64,000 bases of DNA from Candidatus Sungiibacteriota bacterium (GTDB lineage: Bacteria > Patescibacteriota > Minisyncoccia > Sungbacterales > SURF-37). Every line of letters starts with the position of its first letter. Position 1 is the first letter of the stretch. Shown one piece after another: positions 50,885 through 59,633 of this stretch. The stretch spans positions 82,473 to 146,472 of the forward strand of contig JACPMF010000002.1 in the NCBI GenBank assembly GCA_016186145.1, read 5' to 3'. The notes below the pieces were generated by a model that worked only from the letters and a program-made list of their open reading frames with translations, had not been told where the DNA came from and did no database searches. A program made the position numbers and the translations under genes.

Positions 50885-51241
50885 GTTGCGGGACCCGGAA
50901 TTGCACCAACTTTTTAATACAAAATTTGATTTTTTTGCTTCTACACGTATACTGACCTTGCGGGATGGAGGAGCAGTACCTCGCGAGGCTCAAAAGTGTT
51001 TGGGCTCGTTAGTCAGCAATGGTTAATGGACACTCGTCAAATTCGGTGAACCCCCTTTACTTATATTTAGAGGCAACGCCGAGCCAAATCCTGTTAAAGC
51101 AGGAAAGGTGTAGAGACTATACGGCGGGCACCCCGCAGGGGTGAAGACATAGTCCGGACCACAAACCTAAATTTTAGGGCGATGTAAATCGTAGTGGTAT
51201 GCATAACCTCGAGGCCCCGGTGCAATTCCGGGTCCCGCAAC
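50885..51241. repeat. 357-bp element bounded by perfect 23-bp terminal inverted repeats (GTTGCGGGACCCGGAATTGCACC ... GGTGCAATTCCGGGTCCCGCAAC); candidate MITE or structured ncRNA
   Basis: The TIRs are exact reverse complements. The interior is GC-balanced and hairpin-rich, with no ORF. A terminator follows. Confidence 0.6.
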
Positions 51242-51252
51242 AACTTTGATCA

Positions 51253-51283
51253 AAAACCGAATGTCAGAGGCATTCGGTTTTTG
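51253..51283 (+). terminator. Rho-independent terminator (AAAACCGAATGtcagaggCATTCGGTTTT)
   Basis: Perfect 11-bp stem plus T-tract immediately after the TIR-bounded element. Confidence 0.65.
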
Positions 51284-51327
51284 ATTCACCAATCGCATCA
51301 AAATGAATAACCGCACCGCGGTGTTCA

Positions 51328-51427
51328 CCCAGCACATAAATTTACAGCTGTCATTTTTTGCATTTCAGAGTTATCCAGCATTTCTTACGTTTTAAGATAT
51401 CCGGCGTATGTAAATTTATGTGCTGGG
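51328..51427. repeat. 19-bp perfect inverted repeat CCCAGCACATAAATTTACA / TGTAAATTTATGTGCTGGG separated by about 62 nt
   Basis: Noncoding region between the TIR element and the sppA 3' end. Shares the AAATTTAC/GTAAATTT motif seen beside MITE copies A, B and E. Confidence 0.6.
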
Positions 51428-51487
51428 TTATTGTTTCGTAGCCGCAATTCACTCCCGTTTTAAGCGGGATATTCTTGCGGACGAAAC

Positions 51488-51512
51488 AATAAAAAGGACG
51501 GGTTTGCCGTCC
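51488..51512 (-). terminator. Rho-independent terminator for sppA (GGACGGcaaaCCCGTCC + U-tract)
   Basis: Minus strand AGGACGGCAAACCCGTCCTTTTTATTG, 12 nt after the sppA stop. Confidence 0.7.
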
Positions 51513-51523
51513 TTTCGAATTTA

Positions 51524-52642
51524 TTAATTCAAGCCTGCCTGCGCAGGCAGGCCGCCAAGCCATAGATACATCAAGCGCTGGCGGCGCGTATGCTCGTCAA
51601 ACGGAAGCACGTTCACGGAGAAAGAAAATTTAGAAAAGATCTCGCCAAAGAGCGAATATTCTTTTGTGCTGTAGAGAACAACCTTCGCGCCGGCAAACTC
51701 TTTCTTCTCTTCAGTAATGCGTTTGACCTCGGCCGTTAGCATCTCGTTGAAAGTTCCGTTATCGTCAACGAGTTTTAGGGCCTTGGCCTGCTTGCCGCTC
51801 AATACGCGCCCGTCAGCGAGCCCCCGAATTTCTTCTTCAGTAAGTTTCCCTTTTCTGCCGTCGGCAACCACAGAAAGAAATTTTTCATAAGACTCATCAA
51901 TGAGCACTTGGAAAATCTGCCGTTCTTTCGGCGCCATCGCGCGAAAAGGCGAACCCGTATCCTTAAATTCGCCGGATTTAATGACCTCGTTCTTAACTCC
52001 GACCTTCTTGGCAAGTTCAGCAAAATTCATGGCGGACATCACAACTCCGATACTACCAGTAAGAGCTGTTTCGTCGGCGATAATCTCATCGGCGGCCTGC
52101 GCTATGTAATAGCCGCCGGATGCGGCAACAGAGTGCAAATACGCAATAACCCTTATATTACGCTTTTTCTTCCAGTCAAGAATCATCTGATAAAGTTCGT
52201 GAGAGGCCGTAACCGTCCCTCCGGGACTGTCAATATAGAACACGAGCGCAGTGAGATTTTTGTCTTTCTCTCCGTCAATAGTTATCAACCTATTTCTGAC
52301 CTTAGAAACCATGTTAGGAGAAGACCCTTCACCCAGCGTATCGCCATCTATTGTTCCAATAATCGGCACAACAGCGATAGTAGCCAATTTAGCATCTTTG
52401 GGAGCAGGACCGCTTTCGTTTGTCCAAATTGTTTGATAGGTACGCTGGGGTGCAGAAGTGGAGCTGAATGGGGGGTTGCTGTTAAAAACTACATAGACCA
52501 GCATAGAGGCCGTGAAAAGTATAACCATCAGTACGGTCCTGATGTACTTAAGACGCCGTTCTCTCCGCATCTCCTTGAAAAATGTGTCTACGATTTTGTC
52601 GGCCAACTTATCGTTGCGCGTGTCAACCGAGTTGTCCGCCAC
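51524..52642 (-). CDS. sppA: Signal peptide peptidase SppA (S49 family, 36K type)
   Basis: N-terminal TM helix and the S49 catalytic region (YIDSPGG...AASGGYY...GSIGV). Confidence 0.85.
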   Translation of the reverse strand: MADNSVDTRNDKLADKIVDTFFKEMRRERRLKYIRTVLMVILFTASMLVYVVFNSNPPFSSTSAPQRTYQTIWTNESGPAPKDAKLATIAVVPIIGTIDGDTLGEGSSPNMVSKVRNRLITIDGEKDKNLTALVFYIDSPGGTVTASHELYQMILDWKKKRNIRVIAYLHSVAASGGYYIAQAADEIIADETALTGSIGVVMSAMNFAELAKKVGVKNEVIKSGEFKDTGSPFRAMAPKERQIFQVLIDESYEKFLSVVADGRKGKLTEEEIRGLADGRVLSGKQAKALKLVDDNGTFNEMLTAEVKRITEEKKEFAGAKVVLYSTKEYSLFGEIFSKFSFSVNVLPFDEHTRRQRLMYLWLGGLPAQAGLN

Positions 52643-52782
52643 GACAACCTCCTTTTTCTTTTGTTAATGAAGTTAGTTGAATTAGTACTTATCTTAAAGC
52701 GGAATGTCAATAGCTGCCGGGAGAAAGACTGACGGACTCTGTCGCATAGTCTTTTTACCGCACAGGATGTAAAATACGCCCT

Positions 52783-55089
52783 ATGGACAGCCATAAAAAG
52801 ACAAAAATAATACCAGTAACCCTATCTCGCACCCTCGGCGTCTGGGAAGTAACCTTGCTCGGGGTCGGCGCTCTTTTGGGCGGGGGAATTTTCACTTTGC
52901 TGGGACATGCCGCGGGGTTTGCCGGCGGCGGATTGGTGCTCGCTATGCTTCTTGGTGCGCTTATTTCATTTCTCAATTTAAACGCTTACGTTTCTCTTGC
53001 CACGACATTTCCCGAAGCCGGCGGCGGTTATCTTTGGGTGCGCGACGGCCTCGGAGATTTACAGGGATTTCTCGCCGGATGGATATCCTGGATGGCGCAC
53101 GCGGTTGCCTGTTCGTTGTATGCGGCAAGCTTCGGAATTTATGCCGGCGAACTTGTTTTTTCTCTCTTGAAACTGCCCGATCTCGGCGTTCCGCATACAA
53201 CATGGCAGTTAATTTTCACCGCTTTGGTCATTATTATTTTCAGTATCGTGAACTACCGCGGCGTTGCGCTCACCGGACGAATCGGCGGATACATCTCGCT
53301 CATCCTTCTTGCTATTTTGTTTTTCTATATCATATTCGGTATCAAACGAATCATCGGGGTTCCCGGGCTTTTAAGCACAAATTTTTCTCCTCTCCTGCCG
53401 TTCGGCCTGCTCGGCGTAATACAAGCGGCCTCGCTTTTCTATATTGCTTTTGAGGGTTCGGAGATTCAGGCACAAACCGGCGAAGAAGCAAAAGACCCCG
53501 CGCGCACTCTCAAAATCGGCCTTTTCAGCTCATGGGCAATTATTTCCGTTCTCTATCTCTTAATCGCTTTTGTCATAACCGGAGCAACGGCAAATGAAGG
53601 AACCCCCTCTTGGAAAATTCTCGGGAATTTCAGCGATCGGGCAATCATTGAATCGGCAAGACAATTTCTCCCGCTTGGACACCTTGTAATGGTCTTTGGC
53701 GGACTCCTTGCAAACATTGCGGCCCTCAACGCAACCATTTATTCTTCGTCACGCGTGCTTTTTGCAATGGCGCGGGACAAATTCGTTTTCTCGCGCCTCG
53801 GCGCAGTACACGAACTATCCCAAACGCCTTACCGCGCAGTACTCCTCTCGGCCCTTGCAATAATCTTAGTCGCCATACTTCTCCCGATCAAAGATATCGC
53901 GGGTGCGGCAGACATTTTATTTATCTTGCTTTTCTTTCAGCTGAACATGGCGTATATCCAACTCCGCCGAAAAAAACCGGAAGCGCGATGGCACTACATT
54001 ATTCCTTTTGGAATTACCGTGCCGCTCCTTGCAATGGCCCTTTACCTTCTCCTCGGCATCTCGCTTTTCCATGTCAGCCCGGCCGGCATTTACTTTACCG
54101 TTTTCTGGTTTTTGCTCGGATTGATAAACTATTTCGGCTATACCAAGACACAGGAGCGTGAAGAATTCACCCGGGAAGTCATATATGAGCACGCCGTGCG
54201 TTTTCACGAAAAAACCGACTACCGCGTAATCCTTCCGGTCGCCTCGGAGGGACATATAAACGAACTCTCCGCACTGTCATTTGCAATGGCTAAACAGGAA
54301 GAAGGAGAAATCCTTGCGCTTCGTATCCATGAAGTGCCGCAATCGCTCCCGCTCAATGCCGGCTTCCGCGCCGATCACGAACGGCGGATATTGGACAAGG
54401 TCGAAAAAGCGGCAACCGAAGAAAAAATAAATATCGACACCCGCGTCATGGCAGCCCGCTCGATCCCGGACGCCTTGCTCGGAGCAGTGCAGGTTGAAAA
54501 CGGCAAACTCCTTGTCATGGGCTGGGACGGCTACGTGAATGCAAAGGGGTTTATTTTTGGAAGAAAAGTCGACGTAATTCTCCACCGGGCAAAATGCGAC
54601 CTGATTGTTGCAAAGTTTCCGCAGACAGGCGAAACGCACTTTAAAAAAGTTTTCATCCCTGTTTCCGTCGATGAAAACCCGAACCTTCGCTTCACCGGAA
54701 AAGTGGCAACCGCGCTTTCCCGCAGGTTTGGCGCAACATCGACGGTTGGCATGGTAATACCGGAAAAAACGACAACCATTCAATACGCAAAATATTTTTC
54801 TTTGCTTGAAGATCGGATAAAAGAACTAAAGATTAAAACAGAAAACCAGCCGGAGATAAAACTTATCCGGTCAGACCATATTATTTCCGCAATCATCAAA
54901 GAAGCCGCTGATGGCCATTACGACGTAGTGCTTCTGCCCGCCGCACGAAGCCGCATCACAAAAGCCATCACCATGGGCTCAATCCCGGAGCAGGCGGCGA
55001 AGCACCTGCAAAAAAGAACGGTGATCATGGCAAAGGGCTACCGCGGTATTACCCAACCATTTTTTGATTACATCCGCTCAAGGTTTTAA
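52783..55089 (+). CDS. APC-family amino acid permease fused to C-terminal tandem universal stress protein (UspA) domains
   Basis: 12-TM N-terminal half with APC motifs (GGIFTLLGHAAGFAGGG), then two USP-like alpha/beta domains (YRVILPVASEGH..., KKVFIPVSVDENP...). Confidence 0.8.
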   Translation: MDSHKKTKIIPVTLSRTLGVWEVTLLGVGALLGGGIFTLLGHAAGFAGGGLVLAMLLGALISFLNLNAYVSLATTFPEAGGGYLWVRDGLGDLQGFLAGWISWMAHAVACSLYAASFGIYAGELVFSLLKLPDLGVPHTTWQLIFTALVIIIFSIVNYRGVALTGRIGGYISLILLAILFFYIIFGIKRIIGVPGLLSTNFSPLLPFGLLGVIQAASLFYIAFEGSEIQAQTGEEAKDPARTLKIGLFSSWAIISVLYLLIAFVITGATANEGTPSWKILGNFSDRAIIESARQFLPLGHLVMVFGGLLANIAALNATIYSSSRVLFAMARDKFVFSRLGAVHELSQTPYRAVLLSALAIILVAILLPIKDIAGAADILFILLFFQLNMAYIQLRRKKPEARWHYIIPFGITVPLLAMALYLLLGISLFHVSPAGIYFTVFWFLLGLINYFGYTKTQEREEFTREVIYEHAVRFHEKTDYRVILPVASEGHINELSALSFAMAKQEEGEILALRIHEVPQSLPLNAGFRADHERRILDKVEKAATEEKINIDTRVMAARSIPDALLGAVQVENGKLLVMGWDGYVNAKGFIFGRKVDVILHRAKCDLIVAKFPQTGETHFKKVFIPVSVDENPNLRFTGKVATALSRRFGATSTVGMVIPEKTTTIQYAKYFSLLEDRIKELKIKTENQPEIKLIRSDHIISAIIKEAADGHYDVVLLPAARSRITKAITMGSIPEQAAKHLQKRTVIMAKGYRGITQPFFDYIRSRF

Positions 55090-55163
55090 TTTGACAAAAA
55101 ATATATTATATGTTAGTCTTTAAAAACTCGGCTCCTTGACTTAAAACAACCGGAGGTGCCAGC

Positions 55164-55643
55164 GTGATTATTAAAATGCGCCTAGAAGACGCGCTGGAGG
55201 TGTTAGTTGAAAAGCTGCTTCCAAGATTTTCCAGTGACAATTCTCTGCTTCTAATTAGTTTGGATGTACGAGCGTGCGTGCTTAAACCGAAAAACGGCAA
55301 GCAAAAAAGGGTGGTACGACGGTACGTTTATCTCATGTTCCACAGGCCGAATAACTACACAAAAGTCTTGTGGAATGCGACGACAAACAACAGAAAACCG
55401 GTATGGGACTTCACGGAATGGGAAGTAAAATCAGATCACGATTCGTGCTGGACAACGGATGGACTATCAACGCCTTTGTTTAATCTCGGCCTTGTAATGA
55501 CGAAAGAGATCGATCCAAAATTGCCTCCGATTGACTGCGAAGTGTTGGCACACTTCTCGTGGTTCATGAGACCGAGACTGGTCACCATCAAGGGCTACCA
55601 GTACGACCGCGAAAAGCACAAATTCACGGTTCAATGGAAATAG
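55164..55643 (+). CDS. Hypothetical protein (159 aa), probable GTG start
   Basis: SD GGAGGTgccagcGTG, followed by a terminator. No recognised domain. Confidence 0.45.
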   Translation: MIIKMRLEDALEVLVEKLLPRFSSDNSLLLISLDVRACVLKPKNGKQKRVVRRYVYLMFHRPNNYTKVLWNATTNNRKPVWDFTEWEVKSDHDSCWTTDGLSTPLFNLGLVMTKEIDPKLPPIDCEVLAHFSWFMRPRLVTIKGYQYDREKHKFTVQWK

Positions 55644-55652
55644 CGCAAGTAC

Positions 55653-55686
55653 CCCGAATCAAACTTCACGATTCGGGTTTTTGTTT
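55653..55686 (+). terminator. Rho-independent terminator (CCCGAATCaaacttcacGATTCGGG + T-tract)
   Basis: Perfect 8-bp stem plus TTTTTGTTTT. Confidence 0.65.
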
Positions 55687-55746
55687 TATTTGGATTTTTA
55701 CAAATCTTGCTAAAAGCATAAAAATCGGCTATACTTTCTATAATTT

Positions 55747-55818
55747 GCCTCTGTAGTTCAACGGCTAGAACGAGGGACTCATAAACCCTAGAAGGTGGTT
55801 CGACTCCACCCAGAGGCA
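55747..55818 (+). tRNA. tRNA with CAT anticodon (Met or Ile2/lysidine), no encoded CCA
   Basis: GCCTCTGTAGTTCAACGGCTAGAACGAGGGACTCATAAACCCTAGAAGGTGGTTCGACTCCACCCAGAGGCA. Acceptor GCCTCTG/CAGAGGC; anticodon loop CUCAUAA; T-arm GGTGG-TTCGACT-CCACC. Confidence 0.85.
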
Positions 55819-55865
55819 TAAAAAGTTTTGTCTGCGAGAACGAGCATGCGCAGGGCTCGAGTAGT

Positions 55866-55948
55866 AACAAAACCTTTACCCTTTTAAATAATTTTGCTCC
55901 GCAAAATTAGCACGAAGCGCTATTTAACAGGGTGCTGAATTTTGTAGT
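55866..55948 (-). repeat. MITE/REP-like element, copy D (reverse orientation)
   Basis: Reverse complement reads ctacaaaattcagcaccctgttaaatagcgcttcgtgctaattttgcggagcaaaattatttaaaagggtaaaggttttg. Lies between tRNA(CAT) and pyrH. Confidence 0.8.
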
Positions 55949-56138
55949 TACTCGCTAAAGCTCATAAACAAAATTCGCATGATCAAAAAAATTAGAGGAA
56001 AATATACGGTGCTTTCGGAGACAACCGGCAGAAAATTCGGAACATACAAAACAACAGCTAGGGCGAAAAAACGCCTGAAACAAGTTGAATTTTTTAAGCA
56101 TCTGTCCAAAAACAAGCGCCGCAAAGTATAAAATTGAT

Positions 56139-56864
56139 ATGTCAAAAAAAACAAAATACAAGCGAATTCTTTTAAAACTCTCCGGAGAAGCCCTTGGAGG
56201 AAAGGGACAATTTGGACTTGATGTCAGCGCGGCTGAATATATTGCCAAGGAAGTTAAAGACGCGTATTCGCTTGGAGCCGAGGTTGCCATTGTCATCGGC
56301 GGAGGAAACATTATTCGGGGAGAAAAACTCTCAAAGATAGGAGTCGACAGGCCAACAGCAGACTCAATGGGTATGCTCGGAACCGTAATCAATGCCCTCG
56401 CTTTGCAAAATGCCCTTGAAAAAATCGGCCTCTTTACACGAGTAATGAGTTCGCTTACCATCACTGAAGTAGCCGAGCCGTTTATCCGGCGGAGGGCTGT
56501 CCGCCATCTCGAGAAAAAGCGGATTGTGATTTTTGCAGGAGGAACCGGCAGTCCTTATTTTTCAACCGATACCGCCGCCTCGCTTCGCGCCTCGGAAATT
56601 AGCGCCGATGTTATCCTGAAAGCAACGAATGTGCGTGGAATTTATGAAGCAGATCCCAAAGTAAAGAAGGACGCAAAATTTTTCTCGGAAATCAACCCGA
56701 TGGAAATGGTGAAACGCGGTCTTCGCGTCATGGATTTAACGGCAATAACCCTTGCCATGGAAAACAAAATCCCGATTGTCGTCTTTGACGCCTTCCGAAA
56801 AGGGAATCTTAAAAAATTACTGCTCGGAAAAAAAATAGGTTCGGAGATAAAGGTCTCGGCCTAA
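56139..56864 (+). CDS. pyrH: Uridylate kinase
   Basis: MSKKTKYKRILLKLSGEALGG N-terminus of the amino-acid-kinase fold. The start is trimmed from the longer track ORF. Confidence 0.9.
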   Translation: MSKKTKYKRILLKLSGEALGGKGQFGLDVSAAEYIAKEVKDAYSLGAEVAIVIGGGNIIRGEKLSKIGVDRPTADSMGMLGTVINALALQNALEKIGLFTRVMSSLTITEVAEPFIRRRAVRHLEKKRIVIFAGGTGSPYFSTDTAASLRASEISADVILKATNVRGIYEADPKVKKDAKFFSEINPMEMVKRGLRVMDLTAITLAMENKIPIVVFDAFRKGNLKKLLLGKKIGSEIKVSA

Positions 56865-56897
56865 ATTTTCAAATCATTGACGCAGAAAATTTAGCTG

Positions 56898-56975
56898 CCG
56901 AAACTTTACCCTGTTAAATAATTTCGCCTTTGGCGAAATTGCCGCAAAGCGGCATTTAACAGGGTGCTCAATGTT
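56898..56975 (-). repeat. MITE/REP-like element, copy E (reverse orientation, near-identical to B)
   Basis: Reverse complement reads attgagcaccctgttaaatgccgctttgcggcaatttcgccaaaggcgaaattatttaacagggtaaag. Lies between pyrH and tRNA-Asp. Confidence 0.85.
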
Positions 56976-57030
56976 GTAATAAAATTTACTTCGCATTGAG
57001 CTCGTAAATTTTAACAACATTGGCATACAT

Positions 57031-57106
57031 GCGGCCATAGCTTAGCCCGGCTTAAAGCGCCTCCCTGTCACGGAGGAGACCAGGGGTTCGAATCCCCTTG
57101 GCCGCG
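57031..57106 (+). tRNA. tRNA-Asp (anticodon GTC), no encoded CCA
   Basis: GCGGCCATAGCTTAGCCCGGCTTAAAGCGCCTCCCTGTCACGGAGGAGACCAGGGGTTCGAATCCCCTTGGCCGCG. Anticodon loop CUGUCAC; T-arm AGGGG-TTCGAAT-CCCCT. Confidence 0.9.
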
Positions 57107-57290
57107 AAGCGAACAAAGTGAGCGGCGGGACAAAAGCGAGCAAACTGCTTTGCTCGCGCGGGGATTCGAAGCGCGGAACGATGTACTCGCTTGTCGCCAT
57201 TGGCGGCAGGCGAGTACCGCAAGCGGCGGGCTGCGAAAAATTTCCGTCAGGAAATTTATTTGCAGCCGAATCCCATGCGACCCGTAATTG
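57107..57290 (+). ncRNA. GC-rich, multi-hairpin noncoding region immediately 3' of tRNA-Asp; candidate structured RNA, function unknown
   Basis: Perfect stems GCGAGCAAA/TTTGCTCGC, GTACTCGC/GCGAGTAC and CTGCgAAAAATTTCC/GGAAATTTaTTTGCAG, plus long-range GGGATTCG/CGAATCCC. No ORF, and GC content well above flanks. Confidence 0.3.
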
Positions 57291-57426
57291 TTTCACTTAT
57301 ATTTCATGCTTAGATTTTAACCCCAACAGGAAAGTTAGAACCCTACACAACGCAAACCCTTTCTTATTTGCGAAAATTGATTATAATGCAATTAATGTTT
57401 GAAAAATACAGGGAGGTAAACACAAT

Positions 57427-57634
57427 GGAAGCTAATGGGCTAATAGCGTCCGCATCTTTACAACGTGAGTTTCGAAGATTTCGCAGTTTGGGTGGCCGTA
57501 TAGAGATAAATAAAAATGAAATTATTGTGTTCCCTGCAATAGTTCCCACAAAAATCGCTGAGGCATTCGCAGAGCGAATTAGAAATCTCGATACAACAAA
57601 CCTTTTTGAGGTTTCGGTGAAAAGTGAGGCGTAG
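57427..57634 (+). CDS. Small hypothetical protein (69 aa)
   Basis: Strong SD caGGGAGGTaaacacaATG. Sequence MEANGLIASASLQREFRRFRSLGGRIEINKNEIIVFPAIVPTK..., in an AT-rich context. Confidence 0.4.
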
Positions 57635-57750
57635 GCATTCCTACGTCCTTTTATTTAATGACGGCGTTAAATGATAACTTAGGGAGGAGAAAGAAGCTCT
57701 CGGTGGTATTCATCCAATAGTTTCTAACGTCATCTATCGGTCCCCACAGT

Positions 57751-58416
57751 ATGAATCCAGAATCTCCAGGCAGTAAAGAAGCAAAACCAAAACACGGCGC
57801 GGTGCGCCTGTTTTTTGAAATGGATAAGAAGAACGAACTATCGCTTAAAGAAAAAATTAAACAAGCAAAGGGGCTTATCCGTGTTTTTATCCATCCTGAC
57901 TTTGAAAGGTATTCAGGATTTGAAAGCATAAAGGAACAACCGGAAGATGTAGAAAAACTGCGGCAGGAAGAACAAATATTCAGGAGAATCCTTTCTTCAG
58001 AATCCACGGCAACACCGCCAATATTTATTTTTGAAGACGGCTGGGAGAGCCTCGACTACCAGCAAAAAGAGGAGCGCCTCGAAAGACTGACCGCCAACGA
58101 CTTGTTTTTAGTTCGAACGTATCCGGCAAACCCTGACCCGTTGCCGCTACACAAAAAACCTGGTTCCTCCTGGCGAGTTTTAAATGAGGCAGAACGGGAA
58201 AGAAGAGAAGAAGATATAACTTTCATGTGGCAGTGGCTCGCCGAGGAACTAAAAAAACTCGGAGTTAAAAAAATTCTTATCGGAGGGCTTGAATTTTATG
58301 TAACCGGGGACAAAGACAAAAGCCATAGCGGATGCATGGGAATTGCCATGAACAAACTTAAAAAATACGGCTTTGACGTAGAAATTTCCGCGCTTACTTG
58401 GCCGGACAAGCGTTAA
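57751..58416 (+). CDS. Hypothetical protein (221 aa)
   Basis: Charged protein with a Trp-containing motif (FMWQWLAEELKKLGVKKILIGGLEFYVTGDKDKSHSGCMG). No recognised family. Confidence 0.5.
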   Translation: MNPESPGSKEAKPKHGAVRLFFEMDKKNELSLKEKIKQAKGLIRVFIHPDFERYSGFESIKEQPEDVEKLRQEEQIFRRILSSESTATPPIFIFEDGWESLDYQQKEERLERLTANDLFLVRTYPANPDPLPLHKKPGSSWRVLNEAERERREEDITFMWQWLAEELKKLGVKKILIGGLEFYVTGDKDKSHSGCMGIAMNKLKKYGFDVEISALTWPDKR

Positions 58417-58464
58417 TGATACTTCGCCCAAAACAAAATCCGCACGAGGTGCGGATAACGCGCA

Positions 58465-58971
58465 TTAAAACGCGGCTGTGTGACGAACGATATTTGGGAT
58501 AACCGCTTTCGCGGTTATTTCTACAAGCGTATTCTCGGTTGGAAATTCCAACGGCACTTCCGGTACCCAAACCGTTGTTCTTGCCGGAAGATTCCCGAAC
58601 GCACTAGAACGTGCGTACTGTTTGAAAAATTCTTCATAGGCGGCACCAAATGTTTCCCTACTCCACTTTCTCCCCAACTCTTGGAGTTGCTTGTAACCAC
58701 CACCATTACTATCCTTAAGAAAAACCTTCAGCTCAACAATGTCATGAACGTCTCCACCAGCCGCCCTTACCACCGCAAGGATATTTTTCAGTGTTTGAGT
58801 AGTTTGCGGCCCAACCCCGCCATCTATAACGGGTTCGCCCTCAACGCCCGGCACATTGCCCGTCTGCCCCGAAAGATAAAGATGCGTATGGTCTCCGCAC
58901 TTAACAGCAACGGCCTGGCTGTAACATCCTGGTTTTGGGGCTTTGTCCGTAAGGATGTATTGCATGGGCAA
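58465..58971 (-). CDS. RidA/YjgF/L-PSP family protein with an internal insertion
   Basis: GCYSQAV...LYLSGQTG...NILAVVRAAGG...VKVFL motifs of the chorismate-mutase-like RidA fold; 168 aa. Confidence 0.65.
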   Translation of the reverse strand: MPMQYILTDKAPKPGCYSQAVAVKCGDHTHLYLSGQTGNVPGVEGEPVIDGGVGPQTTQTLKNILAVVRAAGGDVHDIVELKVFLKDSNGGGYKQLQELGRKWSRETFGAAYEEFFKQYARSSAFGNLPARTTVWVPEVPLEFPTENTLVEITAKAVIPNIVRHTAAF

Positions 58972-59228
58972 CTCCTCCGTTCGCGCTTTTCAAAAGAACC
59001 TTATTTTGTAACTAGCATACTATATTGGTTTTAAAAATTAGTCAAACCAGAAACGTATAGACTTACACTATTTGGCCTGAATTCCTAAAGAACCCAAAAT
59101 TAAACCGCGTATTGAACGGTTATTCCCGCTTGACTTTTTATGTCTTAATAACTATAATAATTTAAAGCGTTTTTTGACAACCTGATAACCACTTAACAGA
59201 CAAACTTCCGGCGCCAGGAGGGCTAAGC

Positions 59229-59465
59229 ATGACCATATACGAAATTATTTCATTATCCATTACGCTGCCCATCATCATTGCATGCCTAGCTTTTCTGGGC
59301 TGGGCATTTACAATAGCCATGAAAGATCCTAATCGCCATTGCTGGCTACGTTTCCGTCGGCATGACCTTGGCGAGCCTGTGACACAATACAATCACTACA
59401 TGCAAGACCCCATCAGTGTAACACATCAACGTTGCAAGTCTTGTGGAAAAACAGTAACGCGGTAA
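59229..59465 (+). CDS. Small membrane protein with C-terminal Cys/His cluster (78 aa)
   Basis: SD cAGGAGGGctaagcATG; one TM helix; CW..H..C..CKSCGK zinc-ribbon-like tail. Confidence 0.45.
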   Translation: MTIYEIISLSITLPIIIACLAFLGWAFTIAMKDPNRHCWLRFRRHDLGEPVTQYNHYMQDPISVTHQRCKSCGKTVTR

Positions 59466-59582
59466 AGTAAATAAATTTTATTTTTTACATAAAGCTGACC
59501 CCTTACGCACCAGCCAGTAAACAATCAACAATTATCAACTCTGTAAAATCCTAACCGCTCTCTAACACCAAAAAACACACCT

Positions 59583-59618
59583 AAAAAAACAAGCCCGCAC
59601 AGTATTGCGGGCTTTATT
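59583..59618. terminator. Bidirectional rho-independent terminator (AAGCCCGCAcagtattGCGGGCTT)
   Basis: 8-bp GC-rich stem with an A7 run on one side and TATTAT on the other. It follows the 127-aa minus-strand ORF. Confidence 0.65.
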
Positions 59619-59633
59619 ATATAATTGAAAAAC

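Noticed and set aside
50885-51241. tmRNA (ssrA) hypothesis for the TIR-bounded 357-bp element, based on the 5'/3' end pairing
   Set aside because: The ends pair perfectly over 23 bp with no G-U at position 3. The would-be T-loop (TGCAATT) does not match the T-psi-C consensus. No tag reading frame ending in ..ALAA-stop could be found.
50885-51241. RNase P RNA hypothesis (P1 formed by the terminal pairing)
   Set aside because: The universally conserved CR-I (GGAAAGUCCGG) and CR-V (ACAGAAnCCGGCUUA) P4 strands are absent. Only weak partial resemblance (ACAUAGUCCGGA).
51351-51563. Track ORF (70 aa, minus strand)
   Set aside because: It lies over the sppA terminator and the inverted-repeat region, has no RBS, and has a Cys/Lys-rich low-complexity translation. 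Likely spurious.
55631-55870. Track ORF (79 aa, minus strand)
   Set aside because: Overlaps the CAT-anticodon tRNA and the terminator of the upstream gene.
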